A DNA stretch of 38,981 bases. Origin: Vicugna vicugna (lineage: Eukaryota). The stretch spans positions 248,001 to 286,981 of the forward strand of contig MU058591.1 in assembly GCA_013265495.1 (NCBI GenBank). The letters are read 5' to 3'. The notes beneath the pieces were generated by a model. The model saw only the letters and a list, made by a program, of their open reading frames with translations, had not been told where the DNA came from and did not search any database. Position numbers and translations under genes: made by a program. This document shows positions 23,321 to 35,954 of this stretch, in pieces. Each line of letters begins with the position of its first letter. Positions within the stretch are counted from its first letter, which is position 1.

Positions 23321-24692
23321 GGTGATCCTTTCTATCTGCCTTCTGATACTTAACTGGACACTCTCTGTTACAGGCACAACACAATGACCACATCTCCCAG
23401 ACCTCACTCACTTCTTACTCCCATGCCCTTGGTACATCCCTGTTACACGTTCCTGCCTATTAGTCAGTGTGGAAAAATACTTTTGTCTCCTCTGCTTCTG
23501 TATATTTCTGAGTGGCTCTTTACTCTGCCTGAGGGATCTGCAAAAATGTCATAGGAAGTGCAAATAAGAATACTTTCCTGAAAGGGATTCTGCTTTGGAT
23601 GCTGATAGTTACAGCTGACATTTGGCAGCAAAATTGTAGTTTTCAATACAGGCAGAGTCGAGCTTAAGGCTGTCCTTACATGCAACAGGGATCAAATCTG
23701 GAAAACCCCTCCCCATTTTTGGCTCATCAATTCAGAAAATAGGGAGTAACAAGCAGTCCTCTAATGCAAAAGTACAGTAGTAAGAAAAAGTTAACAAACA
23801 GCTCTTCGCCAAGTAATTACCCCTACTTAGCAACAGCTAGTACGTGGATATATATTTGATACCTGGTTACAGTTTTAAATTTATTTTCTTCAACAATGGA
23901 TAAATGAAAACAATACTAACAATAGATTATGTAGAAAGGAATGATCAAAAAGAATTGCATGCTACCAGTGGTACTGTATTTCAGTAACATCTGGAGAATT
24001 CAACAGTAAGATGGTTCCCCTAATTAGTACATATAATATTGCATTTTATGGGAAATAGTGATTCGGTTTCAAACAACCAACCCACAAGCTAACATTTGGA
24101 ACTCCAACTGTTGCAGAAATGTCTCTATATTTGTATCTGAATTTAATTTATACTGCACTTGCCCTAAATCACAAGTTTACATGAGCAACCTAAATTAAGA
24201 TAGGAAACACAGAATCCAAGAATTTAGCAATGAATGAACAAATAATTCTTTCAGCAATAAAAATAACATTTTCCCCAAAATCATGGAGGTTTTTACTTAA
24301 AAAAAAAAATCATTTAGAAACAACAACTTTAGATGTAAAACCAGACACAGATGAGTGAGAAGAATGTTATCAAATGGATAAATATTACAAGTAATTAAAT
24401 TCATAATAATACTGTACCAAATACCAAATAATCTATACTATACCAAAATAATTCTCAAAATTAATGATCAATAATTACCCTTCATAACAGTTAAAACATT
24501 ATCACAATCTTTATATGATAGAATTCATCATATATTTTTAAAATCTCTAAAGCATTCTTGCAGGAACAGTTAATCTAACTATGAATATATCTTATGCATG
24601 ATATATAAATGCTTCAGCATTTCTTCTCTAGTATTTCTGTAACACAAGCAATGCATTCAATGATGCCCCACTGCATACTTCAATTTATATAC

Positions 24693-24968
24693 CTGAAAAT
24701 ACACAAGGAAGCAATCGAGTTTTCTTTTACTGGAACCTCTGTCGAAGTACTGGCCGCAGGTATCCAAAACAGTGCACACTAGTCTAATCCTGAAAAGGTG
24801 CTCGGGAGGGTCCAGGGAACTTGGGCTCCCGTCAGAGTTAACACCAAACGAAGTAAAAGAATAAAGCGTTCTAAAAATCACAGCCGATTCCACCATTCGG
24901 TAATTATACAGCTCTCCTAAGAATTTGGCACTGCTGATACGTCTCTGATTAAATTTAGGTTGGTTAAC
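24693..24968 (-). CDS. UPF2: UPF2 exon ~14 (276 nt, VNQPKFNQRRISSAKFLGELYNY...DCFLVYFQ), MIF4G-3
   Basis: Acceptor ccgcctttag|GTT, donor CAG|gtatat; FLGEL motif; overlaps ORF 24657..24896. Confidence 0.96.
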
Positions 24969-25582
24969 CTAAAGGCGGAAGAGAAACAGACAGACACACA
25001 AACAGCAGGTTTCCATTAAAGAACAGTACTGTGTTTGAGAAAAGGCAAAGTGCCCTCTGTCACTCCACAATCTCACTCACTGAACAGAGCGAGAAGCCTG
25101 GGGTCTTCCCTCCTTTCCTAACACGGTGGTCGCTTTGGGGTGTCCTTTTTCTCTCCAGAAAATGGCTATCTTTAAAATGTTTTAATAAAAAGGACATGTT
25201 AAATACTAAATTTAGCATTCAGTCGTCATTAAACGAATGAATAGTTTATAAACAGTTGAAAAGTAACCCTCCCCGTCAGCCCTCCATAACACGTTTTCTC
25301 CATCATCCATGAATTACGGAGCAGTGAGCCCACAGAGAGGGAGCTGCGTACAGAAATCCTTGGCAAACGATTGTCAGCCAGCCTAATGACAGCCTGAGAG
25401 GCTAGAAAAATCTGACAAAACAGGGCTTATCAAGAAACCACCGTCTCCAAATACGGAACGGTAAATAACACCACATGGGAAAGGAAGGTTTCCAAATTCT
25501 TATTTTTCAGTAACCGGATTTAGAAGTTGTTCAACTTCTCCACAAACTCCAATTTGGTAACTTTAAAGAAAGTCTCTGTTAC

Positions 25583-25786
25583 CTCCATTCCCAATCGGAT
25601 GTCTTCTAAAACTCCATCTACGACATGGATTCCAACATCCTCCTGGTAGAGCACGAGCCCTGCTAGGAGGTTGGCCACACAATGAATGCTGTTGTATTTC
25701 ACGTTCCAGATGTTTATCATGCAGCAAATGACATAGTCTTTTACTTCTTGGTCCTGCCAGGGCAACTTTCGCATCTGTCTCAAAAC
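25583..25786 (-). CDS. UPF2: UPF2 exon ~13 (204 nt, VLRQMRKLPWQD...EDIRLGME), MIF4G-3
   Basis: Acceptor ccttgtttag|GTT, donor GAG|gtaaca; matches ORF 25520..25783. Confidence 0.96.
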
Positions 25787-26966
25787 CTAAACAAGGAGAA
25801 CTGTGTTTAAATTACTAAGGTAAACACACAGGAGTTTATCTTACACATACCCAACAATACAGATACTTTATGATGACTGTGCAGTCACAGAATTTATGAA
25901 ATGTTTTCTCTAACTGCATTTTAGAGACTCCCTATCAGCCTCTTCATTTTTAGAGACAGGGAAAATGAGATTTTTCTAATTATTGGCAAAATGTATTCAC
26001 ATGTCCCCTGTATCTTTCTGTAATGCCCTCAAATTTCCTAGAGTTTCCATGTTTTCAATCAAGCCAATGGTATACACTCACATACTCAGGTCACTATACG
26101 AAATACTCAAGGTTTAACAAAAATGTTTTCTTTTGTGCGTGATTTGATGTAAATAATCTCAGACACTTCTTTTTATAGATGAAAAATTTCCAATAAACGA
26201 AAATAAACCCAAGGTAAACTGGGTAAAAGGTCACTTAAGATGGAGGACACGACATCAAGACTGACATCACACAACGTCCCTTTTCCTCATACGTAAAAGG
26301 GGGATGACAGGCCCCTACCTCACGGTCTGTTGCAAGGATCACAATGTAGAGTGTGTCAAGCGCACAGGGGAGTGTCACAGTACACGCACCCCAGTAAAGT
26401 CAGCTACTGCTACTTCAAAAATGCTACTGGTAATGAGATGATCAGCAGAGCTTACTTGTCAAGTTCTAATCCATCTGTATCCTGAAAGCAAATGGGTACC
26501 ACAGCGGACTACAGAGTAGTCCTCTCACCTCTACTCTATGCCCACAATCCATCTTTCAAGCACTAAATAGATCAGCTTCACTGGAAATGTTAACGTCATG
26601 TCAACTGCATAAGCATGCCATACTTTTCAAACTTTCAGCCAATTCTGAAATAGCTTCCAAATCCTGTTGTTTTAAATGACTACTATCTCTGGCGCTCTAC
26701 AGTTGGCTTCAGTTTTCAAAGTTGCACTATCATGCCTCATCACCTTCCACTCCATCTATGTATAATACATGTATGATTCCATGCCTTTATCCTCCCCACA
26801 GGTTTTAGCTGTCCAAAAGTTAATTGGCTTTATTTTTTTTCCTGAAAAAAGTTCCATACCATATTATTTTAACTAGCAGGGTTAACCAAGAAATGTTTTG
26901 TTTGACACATCTTACTTAAAAAATGAAGGTTCCAACAACATAACTACAATAATTAAGGTAATATGT

Positions 26967-27125
26967 CAGTGGTTCTTAACCTTTTCTGGAAACTGACCCC
27001 TGCTGAGAATCTAAAGAAAGCTACAGACCTTCGTCCAGAAAACTACACAGGCCCAAAGGTTCAAAATTATTAAGTTTCAGAAGGTTACAGGCCTCCTGAA
27101 ACCCACTTAAGGTTCAGAACCCTTG
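26967..27125. mobile_element. hAT-Charlie-type MITE
   Basis: Imperfect terminal inverted repeats cagtggttcttaacct ... aggttcagaacccttg, with internal tgagaatctaaagaaagcta. Confidence 0.7.
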
Positions 27126-27677
27126 AACTGAAGCAATATATTTGAAGGCAAATTGATAGGATATCAGAGACAACGTAACAGTTTCAAACATACACAGCAT
27201 CAACGTTAGATTTAGAAGTACCATTTTTATTAGAATAAGAAGTTATTATCATGAAAGGAAAACAAGACGTATGTTCCGTTTATTAAGCATCAGCATATGA
27301 CTCTCTTCTTGGAATGACCTGTACACGATCAGTCACAGTGGAGCCTGGGACCTAACCCCGCCTCTCCGAAATTCCACTCCCGGGGCTTTAACAGCTCTGC
27401 CTCAATTTCTCCATTTACAAAAGGTGAACAATGTGAGCTGCGTGTATTTCTTACCCTGTGGGGCACGGAAGCAACTCATAAACAGGCTGATGTAGGAAAA
27501 CTGAAATGTATGTCCCTGGCCTAAAACACTCTGGGGCAGGACTAGAAGGAAAGGGCACTGCTCTCTGTGCTGTTACCATGAGGCTGGAACGGAGCGGACT
27601 TGGCTGAAGGTTATGCAAGCTTAGCACCACCACCAATCTCAAGCTGACTGGTGTTCTGTGACTTCATCAGGACTTAC

Positions 27678-27863
27678 CTTCTCGGTGGTAACCTTGGAGA
27701 GATCCTTGTACAGAAGTTTCCGGACATATTCCTGGAGAGGAGGACGCTTCTTTTTCACTGTTTTTTCAGCTGGGGGTGGGTTGCAGTAGTAATAGGCGTT
27801 CTCGACCATTGTGACGTACCTCGCATCGAGGTGCATGGCTTGTTTCTTTCTCATCATTTGTTC
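27678..27863 (-). CDS. UPF2: UPF2 exon ~12 (186 nt, EQMMRKKQAMHLDARY...KDLSKVTTEK)
   Basis: Acceptor atattttag|GAA, donor AAG|gtaagt; matches ORF 27639..27857. Confidence 0.96.
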
Positions 27864-28401
27864 CTAAAATATAAAGTCTAAATTAGTCAAAATACTTTCA
27901 TCCGAAGGTTTCTTTATTCCTACTTAAACTTCCATTTTCAGTGATAAGATTTCAGGATAAAGGGCTAGAAAAGGGAAAAAACAGTCACGAGGTATTTCCA
28001 AGAGTGAGCCAGCAGACTAACTATGATACAATTAATCATGTTTTTAGAAAAACTTTTAGTCCATGACTGCCTGGTCTTAGGCCTTGTCCAATAAAATACT
28101 CAGAGAACTTTGCTAAAAATGTAACTTTATGCAAAATTATGACTCTACCAAATACATGAACTCCAAGTAAAACAAGGCTGGTATATGAGTGACTGAAATT
28201 AAGGACTGAGAATACAAATGAAGGGGTGAACGCCTCTGGCTGTTCCACATACATCAGCTGAGAATAAATTCATCCTCAGAGCCCGTGCCATCCAGTGTCG
28301 CTCCAGGTAAACCCAGGGCATCTCTACAGAACACCCAAGCCCTCAGCATCAGCTTACAGGAGGTGGTTAAAAGCACGTGTCAACTCAGTCATCACCCACT
28401 T

Positions 28402-28460
28402 CAGGTTTCTCAGCCTCAGCACCACTGACATTTTGGACCGGAAAATCCTTTGGGTGGGGA
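28402..28460. mobile_element. MER20-like terminal fragment
   Basis: ggtttctcagcctcagcaccactgacattttggaccggaaaatcctttg..gtgggg resembles the MER20 end. Confidence 0.65.
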
Positions 28461-29129
28461 GGGCAGCAGCGGGCGCGGGGGAGCCACTACAGGAACGAAT
28501 GAAGGCCAGGCAGGTGCCACTGGAAAGGTGCAAGATCAGCACTAAGGGGCGGGGAGCGCGAGCTGACAACAGACTCTGCAGACCGTGGGACAAACGCTGG
28601 GTTTTAAGCATGAACAGGGAAACCACTGACGAGTTTCAGGCGGGTGCCTGACTGGGGCGGCGGGCGGAGACACGACTTCCCGTCTTGTAAACACGGCTGG
28701 GTATGTAAGCCCAGCCAGGCCAAGGGCTGCAGCATTTTCACTGCTGTAAACCCAGCACCTAAGATAGTGCCTAGCCTAGCACATGAGAGGCTTCCAATTA
28801 TTTATACATGAATTTGTGAATAAACGGTGACGCTTTCAAAAAGAGAGAACAGCTCCATATTGAACAGGGCTGGAGAAAATGCCCACGTTGTGTAAGCTCT
28901 TTGAACAAAACATAATGCGTTACTTATCACCAGTACACACGTAATGCAGCTTTAAGTCAACATTAGTTTCAACCTGTTATTTGGACTATTTTAGAATCAT
29001 TTCCCCCAACAAACACACCAACTAATTTTAGCATTAGCTTAGAATAATTTTAAATGCAATTCAGTTAGAAGGTTACATGTGTTCCCAAACAAATAGGGAC
29101 GTATTTTAGATTATCCTATAAGCATCCAC

Positions 29130-29880
29130 GTGTGTCAAACCAAACTCATCACCTCTTTCCTCCGCCTATTCCCTCATCTCTGGCATCTGCTCAGATGTCC
29201 ACGTCAGAATCTTGGGTTTTACTTGAGGGCACTTTCTCTTCCTCATCCCTTCTATCTCACCACCAAGTCTCATCAGTTCTATTTCCTAAAATTCTTCCTA
29301 CAGCCAGTTATCATTCCCCATTCCTCTCACCCTTACCTTTTCTTCACTGCTTTCCCCCTAGGTTTTGAAAACAGCCTTTTCCATCTGGCCTCAGCCACCT
29401 CAAGTATCTCCTCCACACTGATCTTTCTAAAAACATGAATCTAATTATACCTATTTGCTTAAAATCCTTCAACATACTCATTGCTTATCAGGGGAAAACC
29501 CTAGTTTCTTAGCATGGCGCTCAGGGCTCCTCACGTGTAATCTAGTGTGTGCCTGCCTCTCTAGTCTTATCCATGGCCACTCGAGTCAATGTGTCTCTCT
29601 TCTCTGCCTTTAAGACTCAGGCTAGTCTATAAAACAAACACCATTTTCCCCAGGAAACCCTTCCTGACACACCAAGACTGAATTAAGCATCTCCTCTACA
29701 CATTACACCCGATGCTCACCCCCACTGCTCTGCTGCATGTCCTCCCCATGTATTCCAATAGTCTATTTACTCATCTGTCTGGGTTATTGAACTGTAAGCT
29801 CCATGAGGGCAGGGATATCTTTTTCACGTTTATATCTGAAGGGTCTGACAGAAGGGTCTGCGCTCAGTGAATACTGTGAA
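29130..29880 (+). mobile_element. L2 LINE 3' portion
   Basis: Pyrimidine-rich tgtcaaaccaaactcatc...tgcttaaaatccttcaa...actgtaagctccatgagggcaggga...gctcagtgaatact. Confidence 0.7.
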
Positions 29881-30480
29881 GCTGTTAGGGAAGAGCTTTC
29901 CTGACTCATTCCGTCTGGTTTAAGTACTCCCTCCCGAGCCCATCACAGCCTCTACAAACCTCTGTTTAAGCACTTACAACACTGCATTAGAATTAGCATT
30001 CAATACGGACCACTTTGAGGATGCAGCTGTGTTTCATTTCTCTGTACTGTCCCTCCCAACCAGCAGCAACATCCCTGCAGAACTCAGCGCCTAACACACA
30101 GGAGGAGCCCAAAACCATTAGATGATAGATAAACAAGGCTCCTACCCAGAAAGCGAAAAAAAACAAACCCAATGACAAAGGCTAGCTGCTTTTGCTATAA
30201 GAGAGGGAAAGATCCACTGAGCCAAGAAAACCAGTTGGGCAGGAAAGACCCTGGTCTTCAGCAATGCAATGTGCAGCCACACCACCACGGCCAGTAAACT
30301 TTCCCGAGTGAATAAATTAAACATAGAGAGTTCACTATTATAAATAAAATATAGTTTTCTTTTAAAAAAAAACTGAGCATTCCTGGCATCTGTATTACGT
30401 TTTAATACGCAGGGTCTCATTTAACCTCACCAGCTTGAGTTAGAGGAGGAAGAGTTTTACAATAAAAATCTGAACTTGGA

Positions 30481-30786
30481 GAAAACAAACTTATGGTTAC
30501 CAGAGGGGAAAAGGAGTGGGGAAGGATAAATTTGGAAGCTCAGGATTTGCAGATATTAACTACTACATGTAAGACAGACAAACAACAAGGTCCTACTGTA
30601 TATAGCACAGGGAACTATATTCAATACCTCATAATAGCCTATAATGAAAAAGAGTATGAAAAGAAATAAATATATATATATAAATGAATCACTATGCTGT
30701 ACATCATAAATTAAAACATTGTAAATTGACTATACTTCCATTAAAAAACAAAATAACAAAGGTCAAAGGCCAAAAAAAATTTATTT
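30481..30786 (+). mobile_element. 5'-truncated cetartiodactyl-type L1 3' UTR with TSD
   Basis: aaacaaacttatggttaccagagggg...caacaaggtcctactgtatatagcacagggaactatattcaat...gactatacttc plus A-rich tail; tgaacttgga duplicated at 30471-30480 and 30787-30796. Confidence 0.9.
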
Positions 30787-31538
30787 TGAACTTGGAATGC
30801 CTGTTACATCAATCAGCATAGAGAGAATGTGGAAATCAATTTCACTTGATGGTCTTCACATTAATATTTCTGTTTATTAGAAATAAATTCCCATGGTTTT
30901 GATTTTAAGTATCATTGGCAGAGAAGTATTCAAGCTTACAACTAGATTCTAAAAGAACAGCGCACCTGGAGAAAGTGATATAATCAGCACTTCTGTAAAA
31001 GCAACGCTGAGGTGGTTCCTGACCCAGCGCTCCCTTTAACACCAACTCTCACCCCCACCACACTCTCTCCCGCTCAAGGCTGCAAGCGAACACATGGATA
31101 TTATCAATAAGCATAATAACTTAATTGTGTAATAAACTTGATGGCCATTTGGCACCCTAATTAGCTAAATGTCGTCTCCCCTAAACTAATTTTTCAAGCT
31201 TATATTTTATGTTTTTTAATTAAAAATTTTAAGCTTTATAATTTATGTGCTTATGGCACGTAACAATATACCAAGAATATCTGTAAAGACAGCTCTAACG
31301 CAATAGTATTTAGAGCAGCTGTTCACTCGCATAATCTGCCAAAAATTATTTGGGGCTGAACTTAATCCCGCCTTACAATATTGTGAACTCAGCAGCAGCC
31401 GAATGAGAAAACTTCCTACAGCTCTCCAGAAACGGCTGGAGTTCTAGTTTAGGTAGAAACATTTTTAGATGGCAGGGCAAAATAACTGGCACTGGTCAAA
31501 ATGTGTAACCTCTGGAGTACATCAAGAACCTCAAGCTT

Positions 31539-31695
31539 GGGGGGTAGGGTACAGCTCAGTGGTAGAGTGTGTGCTCAGCATGCACAAAGTCCTGGGTTCA
31601 ATCCTCAGTACCTCCATTAAATAAATAAATATACATACCACCTCCTCTCAAAAAAAGACCAAAAAAATTAAAAATACAAACAAACAAAACAAAAC
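31539..31695 (+). mobile_element. Camelid-type tRNA-derived SINE (Vic-1-like)
   Basis: gggtacagctcagtggtagag...gtcctgggttcaatcctcagtacctcc plus A-rich tail; TSD acctcaagct at 31528-31537 and 31696-31705. Confidence 0.9.
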
Positions 31696-31730
31696 ACCTC
31701 AAGCTCTTGCAAGGATCTTCAAGCCCTTAC

Positions 31731-31847
31731 CAGAAGTACACTGGTCCTCAGATGAGATTCTGGAGATCTGAAAAGAAATCTTCCACATGTTTCCAGCAGG
31801 GTACATGCCATTTCAATATGGTGATGGGAAAAGTCTGACAGAAGCAT
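31731..31847 (-). CDS. UPF2: UPF2 exon ~11 (117 nt, MLLSDFSHHHIEMACTLLETCGRFLFRSPESHLRTSVLL)
   Basis: Acceptor ttattacag|ATG, donor CTG|gtaagg; phase 0/0. Confidence 0.95.
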
Positions 31848-32831
31848 CTGTAATAATAACAGAGATGAAAAACCAAAAGACACATTTCAATTCTGTTAGA
31901 AAAAAAATATTATACATCTAATGTGTGCAACAATTTTAAAATCTCACTGCAAAAAAAAGTCTACTTTACAGGCCAAGTTTAATCACTGGGTATCTTCTGT
32001 GTTCAACCACAAAACTTTATCTAAACACTTCAACATACTTAATGTCTTTCCTTTTGGAAAGATATATGGAAACTAGTACACTAAAGCCCTTGCTGTATTT
32101 ATTAGGTGATGCTATGCACTTAAACAAATGCCACATACACAGTTAACATTGTGTAAATAGCTGTGTGAAATCTACAAACACATTACCACATTTTAGTATT
32201 TATCCTCCCAATCTTTTTCTGTGCACATTTTTTAAACCAAAACAAATTTAGACATATCATTTAATAATTTAATAACTTAGTTTTTTTTGACTAACAGGAG
32301 TATCTTCCATGTCCTTGTTTATCCTTCTAGGGCATGACAGAAAAGGTACATAACGCTATATAATACGAACTACACTAAAACTCAACTGATTCTTATTTAC
32401 TGGACATCCAAATAGTTTACAATTTCTTGCCACTATAAACAATGGTGTGACAAACATCCTTCTAGATAAACCTGTGCACACGTTTATGATTATTCCCCTA
32501 AAAGGAACTTACAGAAATGAATTTGTGTCAAAGAAATGTACAGACTTCCTATATATGTTTAGTAATTCGTAGAAAGAAATATACTAGTATGTTTGTTGTT
32601 CATAACGTGACTCCTTTCAACTACAGCGTTAAAAAAACTTTCAGTTTTACAGCTGTGTTTGTATCTACCATCTTCTTATTTGTTCTCTATTTTGCTCATC
32701 TCTTTAATGTTCTTTTTTTACTTATTTTTGTCTTCCTTTAGATTACTTAAATACATCTTATTTCATTTTTCCAGCATTTATAACTAAAACTTTAACTCTA
32801 TTAAAAATATTTCAAATGATTCAGCACTAAC

Positions 32832-32945
32832 CTTTAAACAATGCAGTGTATCATTTTTTGTGAACATCTTAAACTTAGTAAGTTCTCCAATAAAACGAAC
32901 AGTTTTGTTCTTTGTTTCAATATTGATCTGGTCCTTTTTTCGCAC
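32832..32945 (-). CDS. UPF2: UPF2 exon ~10 (114 nt, VRKKDQINIETKNKTVRFIGELTKFKMFTKNDTLHCLK), MIF4G-2
   Basis: Acceptor ttaatttgtag|GTG, donor AAG|gttagt; phase 0/0; contains the FIGEL MIF4G motif. Not in the ORF track; read by hand. Confidence 0.95.
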
Positions 32946-33295
32946 CTACAAATTAAGAGAAAAGAGACACTGCTTAGATAATTATATCATTTTGAAATCT
33001 GTGATAAAAATTGTTATTTTAATAAGACTGAATTCACTCTAGATATTTTAAATAAATGTGAGTATAATTTCTTGCTATATTCAAACTATTTTAAGTTAAG
33101 GCAAAATAAGCTCTGTGGAACACCAGTGCCAGGACATGCTTTGCAAAACAGTTTCATGGTCAAATAATTTGGGGAAACAATGTATTTTATCAGCCTTAAA
33201 GAGGCTCTCAAATAAAGAAACCTGTTTATTATTAACTTAATTCAATGTTTCTCAAATTTTGGGGGCAATATAAACCCCTCTTTTGAAATATTAAC

Positions 33296-33471
33296 TACTA
33301 GTTTGTTAAATTAAATCAATGTTATAAGGAATACACTCTAGGAAATGTTGTTTTAAAAATTATAAGGAATACACTCTAGGAAATGTTGTTTTAAAACTAA
33401 TATACTAGTTTGTTAAATTAAATCAATGTTATAAGGAATACACTCTAGGAAATGTTGTTTTAAAACTAATA
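33296..33471. repeat. Nested local duplication (A-B-B-C-A-B-C)
   Basis: A=tactagtttgttaaattaaatcaatg (x2), B=ttataaggaatacactctaggaaatgttgttttaaaa (x3), C=ctaata (x2). Confidence 0.93.
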
Positions 33472-34627
33472 AATGCCAAGAGCTCACTTAAGCAAAAATA
33501 TTAAGGCTCAGTTTTTGTATTACAGTTATGAACCATATACTATATGTTTTATTATAAATTCATTAGTACAGTGAAATTTCTAATACAATCACTATTCTTT
33601 TTTTATCAACAGTCACAGTCAAAGTTCAAATGATTTGCAAATATAAGCCCTCTACTTAGGCACACATTTCAAGAAACACTGAATACAACAAAATCCTAGT
33701 ACAACAGTACAATGTAAACAACACATTAGATAAATATAATTGGATTTAACCTCAGAACTACATTTTCATCAAAAAATCAAACTGACAGTCTAGAAACTCT
33801 TATCTGAACAACAATGACAATATGTATGGTAGTGCTCTGAACTAGTTTAGTGTTTCTTATTTTTCCAGAATACTATCCTACCTGATTTGTTCCACATAAC
33901 AACATTCTGAGAAAGGAGCAAAAGCTATTATAATTCTGATTTAATAGTTAAAACAACAACAATAGAAGAACAAAAGCTCTCAAGTGATTTGACCAAGGAT
34001 CACTTCCAAAATCCCCGTCTCCTAGCTCATACTCGAGAATTCCGCTACCCTAGCATGTGCTGGGATTTAAAGTAAGTCTTATAACCTCATCGGCACCTGG
34101 ACAATCAATGACAATCTTTTACATAAGTACTAAATTTCTGCATACTCAGACAGCTGACACTTGAGTAGAATTTATCGTTTCATTTTTAAGGACCTGCTTT
34201 CTATTGTAAGCAGAAGTAGGTGTTTAGGCTTTTTAGAACTTCAGGGATAAATTTTGAACAAAACTATGTTCACTCATTTAAAAAAAGCCAGAGGAAACTA
34301 GAAACTCACTACTAACTACATTCAATCTAAAGCATTAATAAAACTGCAGCAATTAAAGATAAAATAACAAAAACTCGACTTACAGAACTTTAACCATGTG
34401 ATTTAAAGCATATAAAATAACTTAGAGATTAGAGACAAACAAAAAATAGAACTAGGTTCTAGTTTGTAATACTGAATAAACTTGACTATTTTAGTCTTGC
34501 AATTTAGAAAAGAGTACAGCCTTCATAAAGACCTTTTCAGAAACAGATGTTTGATAAACACTGCATTTAAAAAGCACCTCTTATCAACTTATTTTTTGAA
34601 CTCTGAGGCAAGTTTAATCTACATTCT

Positions 34628-34772
34628 AGATTAAGAGTGTAGACTTTGGATCAGATTTCCTGGGTTTAATTCCAGTTCTATCTCTTACTAACTGCGACAA
34701 ACTCTGTGCCTCAATTTCCTTGTCTGTAAAATGGAACTAATAAAAGTAACCTATATCACAGGGCTGTGAGGC
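34628..34772 (+). mobile_element. MIR SINE remnant
   Basis: gattaagagtgtagactttgga...ctgggtttaattcc...ctctgtgcctcaatttccttgtctgtaaaatgg...tcacagggctgtgagg. Confidence 0.8.
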
Positions 34773-35793
34773 TTTGTCATTTTGGGGGATATATAATCTT
34801 GGACAATTCATTGAAACTCTCTGACCCTATTGGCTCACTTGGTAAAATAAAGATAAAAATAAGGATGATGGTGGTAGCAGTAATGATGAGAACTACACTT
34901 CACGTGATATTGAACAATGCACAGCACAGGTTACATAAACTTTAAAATGATGTGTGAGAAGTATTTTATGTGATACTGTAACATGCTTCTGAGAAACAAA
35001 AAATGGAAAATTGTACATAAAATATAAATTCATCCATGAAAAACTAGAGAAAAAAAGTAAAAAAAAAACCACTAAAATATTAACAAGATTTGCCTTAAGT
35101 GATGATATTATCAAGTTCCCTCCTTTCTACTTTGTATCTGTCATATTTCCTAAATCACACCACACTAACATGTTCCTTTTACAGTTAAAGAAATGTAGAA
35201 ACAAACAAAAAGTATAAAGAAGCATTTCAAAAATGATATGCTAACGCTGAGTCTTTGAGGGACCCGGCTTGGAAATACACATACATGTTTTTAAAAAGTC
35301 TCCTTGGGTGAATCTGGATTCACAAGATTTTAACAACTTGTGTGTGGAGTATCATGAACATAAAAGTTTAAGTATTACTGAGCATCACAGCTTTCAAAAC
35401 ATGTAGCATCATGTACCATTCACAACTCTTCTTAAATACTTTGGAGGTTAAGGAGATACAATGTAACTAACATGACAAAATGACAGATGTTTTAAATAAA
35501 TATTAGAAATCAATTATCTCACTCCCTCATTTTCAGATGAAAAAACTGAAGGCTTTTCAACAGATTATGACTTATTAAAAAAAAGTAACTTATTCTGACT
35601 CCTCATTCAGTATTTTCCAACCTCATCTGATGATTCTTTATGATCAAATGGTTGATCAAACACTTCTGCAAAGTAAATACCGATCAATTAACAATGTGAA
35701 ATTTTCTATGTATTTTTAGTTCAGAAATGTCTCACAAGATTTTGTTTACGTAACCAAATTTAGCAAAAATGGTGCTTATAACTCATGTATTTT

Positions 35794-35954
35794 TAAAAAA
35801 TATTTTATTTTTAATTTGGTTTTTTGTTTTGTTTTTATTTGGGGGTAATTAGGTTTATTTATTTACTTATTTATTTAACGGAGGTACTGGGGATTGAACC
35901 GAGGACCTCACGCATGCTAAGCAGGCACTCTACCACTGAGCTATACCTTCCCCC
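35794..35954 (-). mobile_element. Camelid-type tRNA-derived SINE (Vic-1-like)
   Basis: Reverse strand ggggaaggtatagctcagtggtagagtgcctgcttagcatgcgtgaggtcctcggttcaatccccagtacctcc...aaacctaattacc; degenerate TSD tat(a/g)actcat(g/t)tatt. Confidence 0.9.

Noticed and set aside
22194..27881. Plus-strand ORFs antisense to UPF2 exons (22194, 27651; also 8115, 12087)
   Set aside because: Shadow frames of coding exons, with no independent promoter or splice evidence.
7309..29438. ORFs of about 100-120 aa at 7309, 10426, 11101, 18057, 28295 and 29130
   Set aside because: No recognisable protein similarity. They mostly overlap decayed L2, MIR or L1 sequence, and this length is expected by chance in six frames.
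31095..31200. Cluster of TAAT/ATTA homeobox-like motifs suggesting an enhancer
   Set aside because: Such motifs are common in AT-rich DNA and cannot be supported without conservation data.
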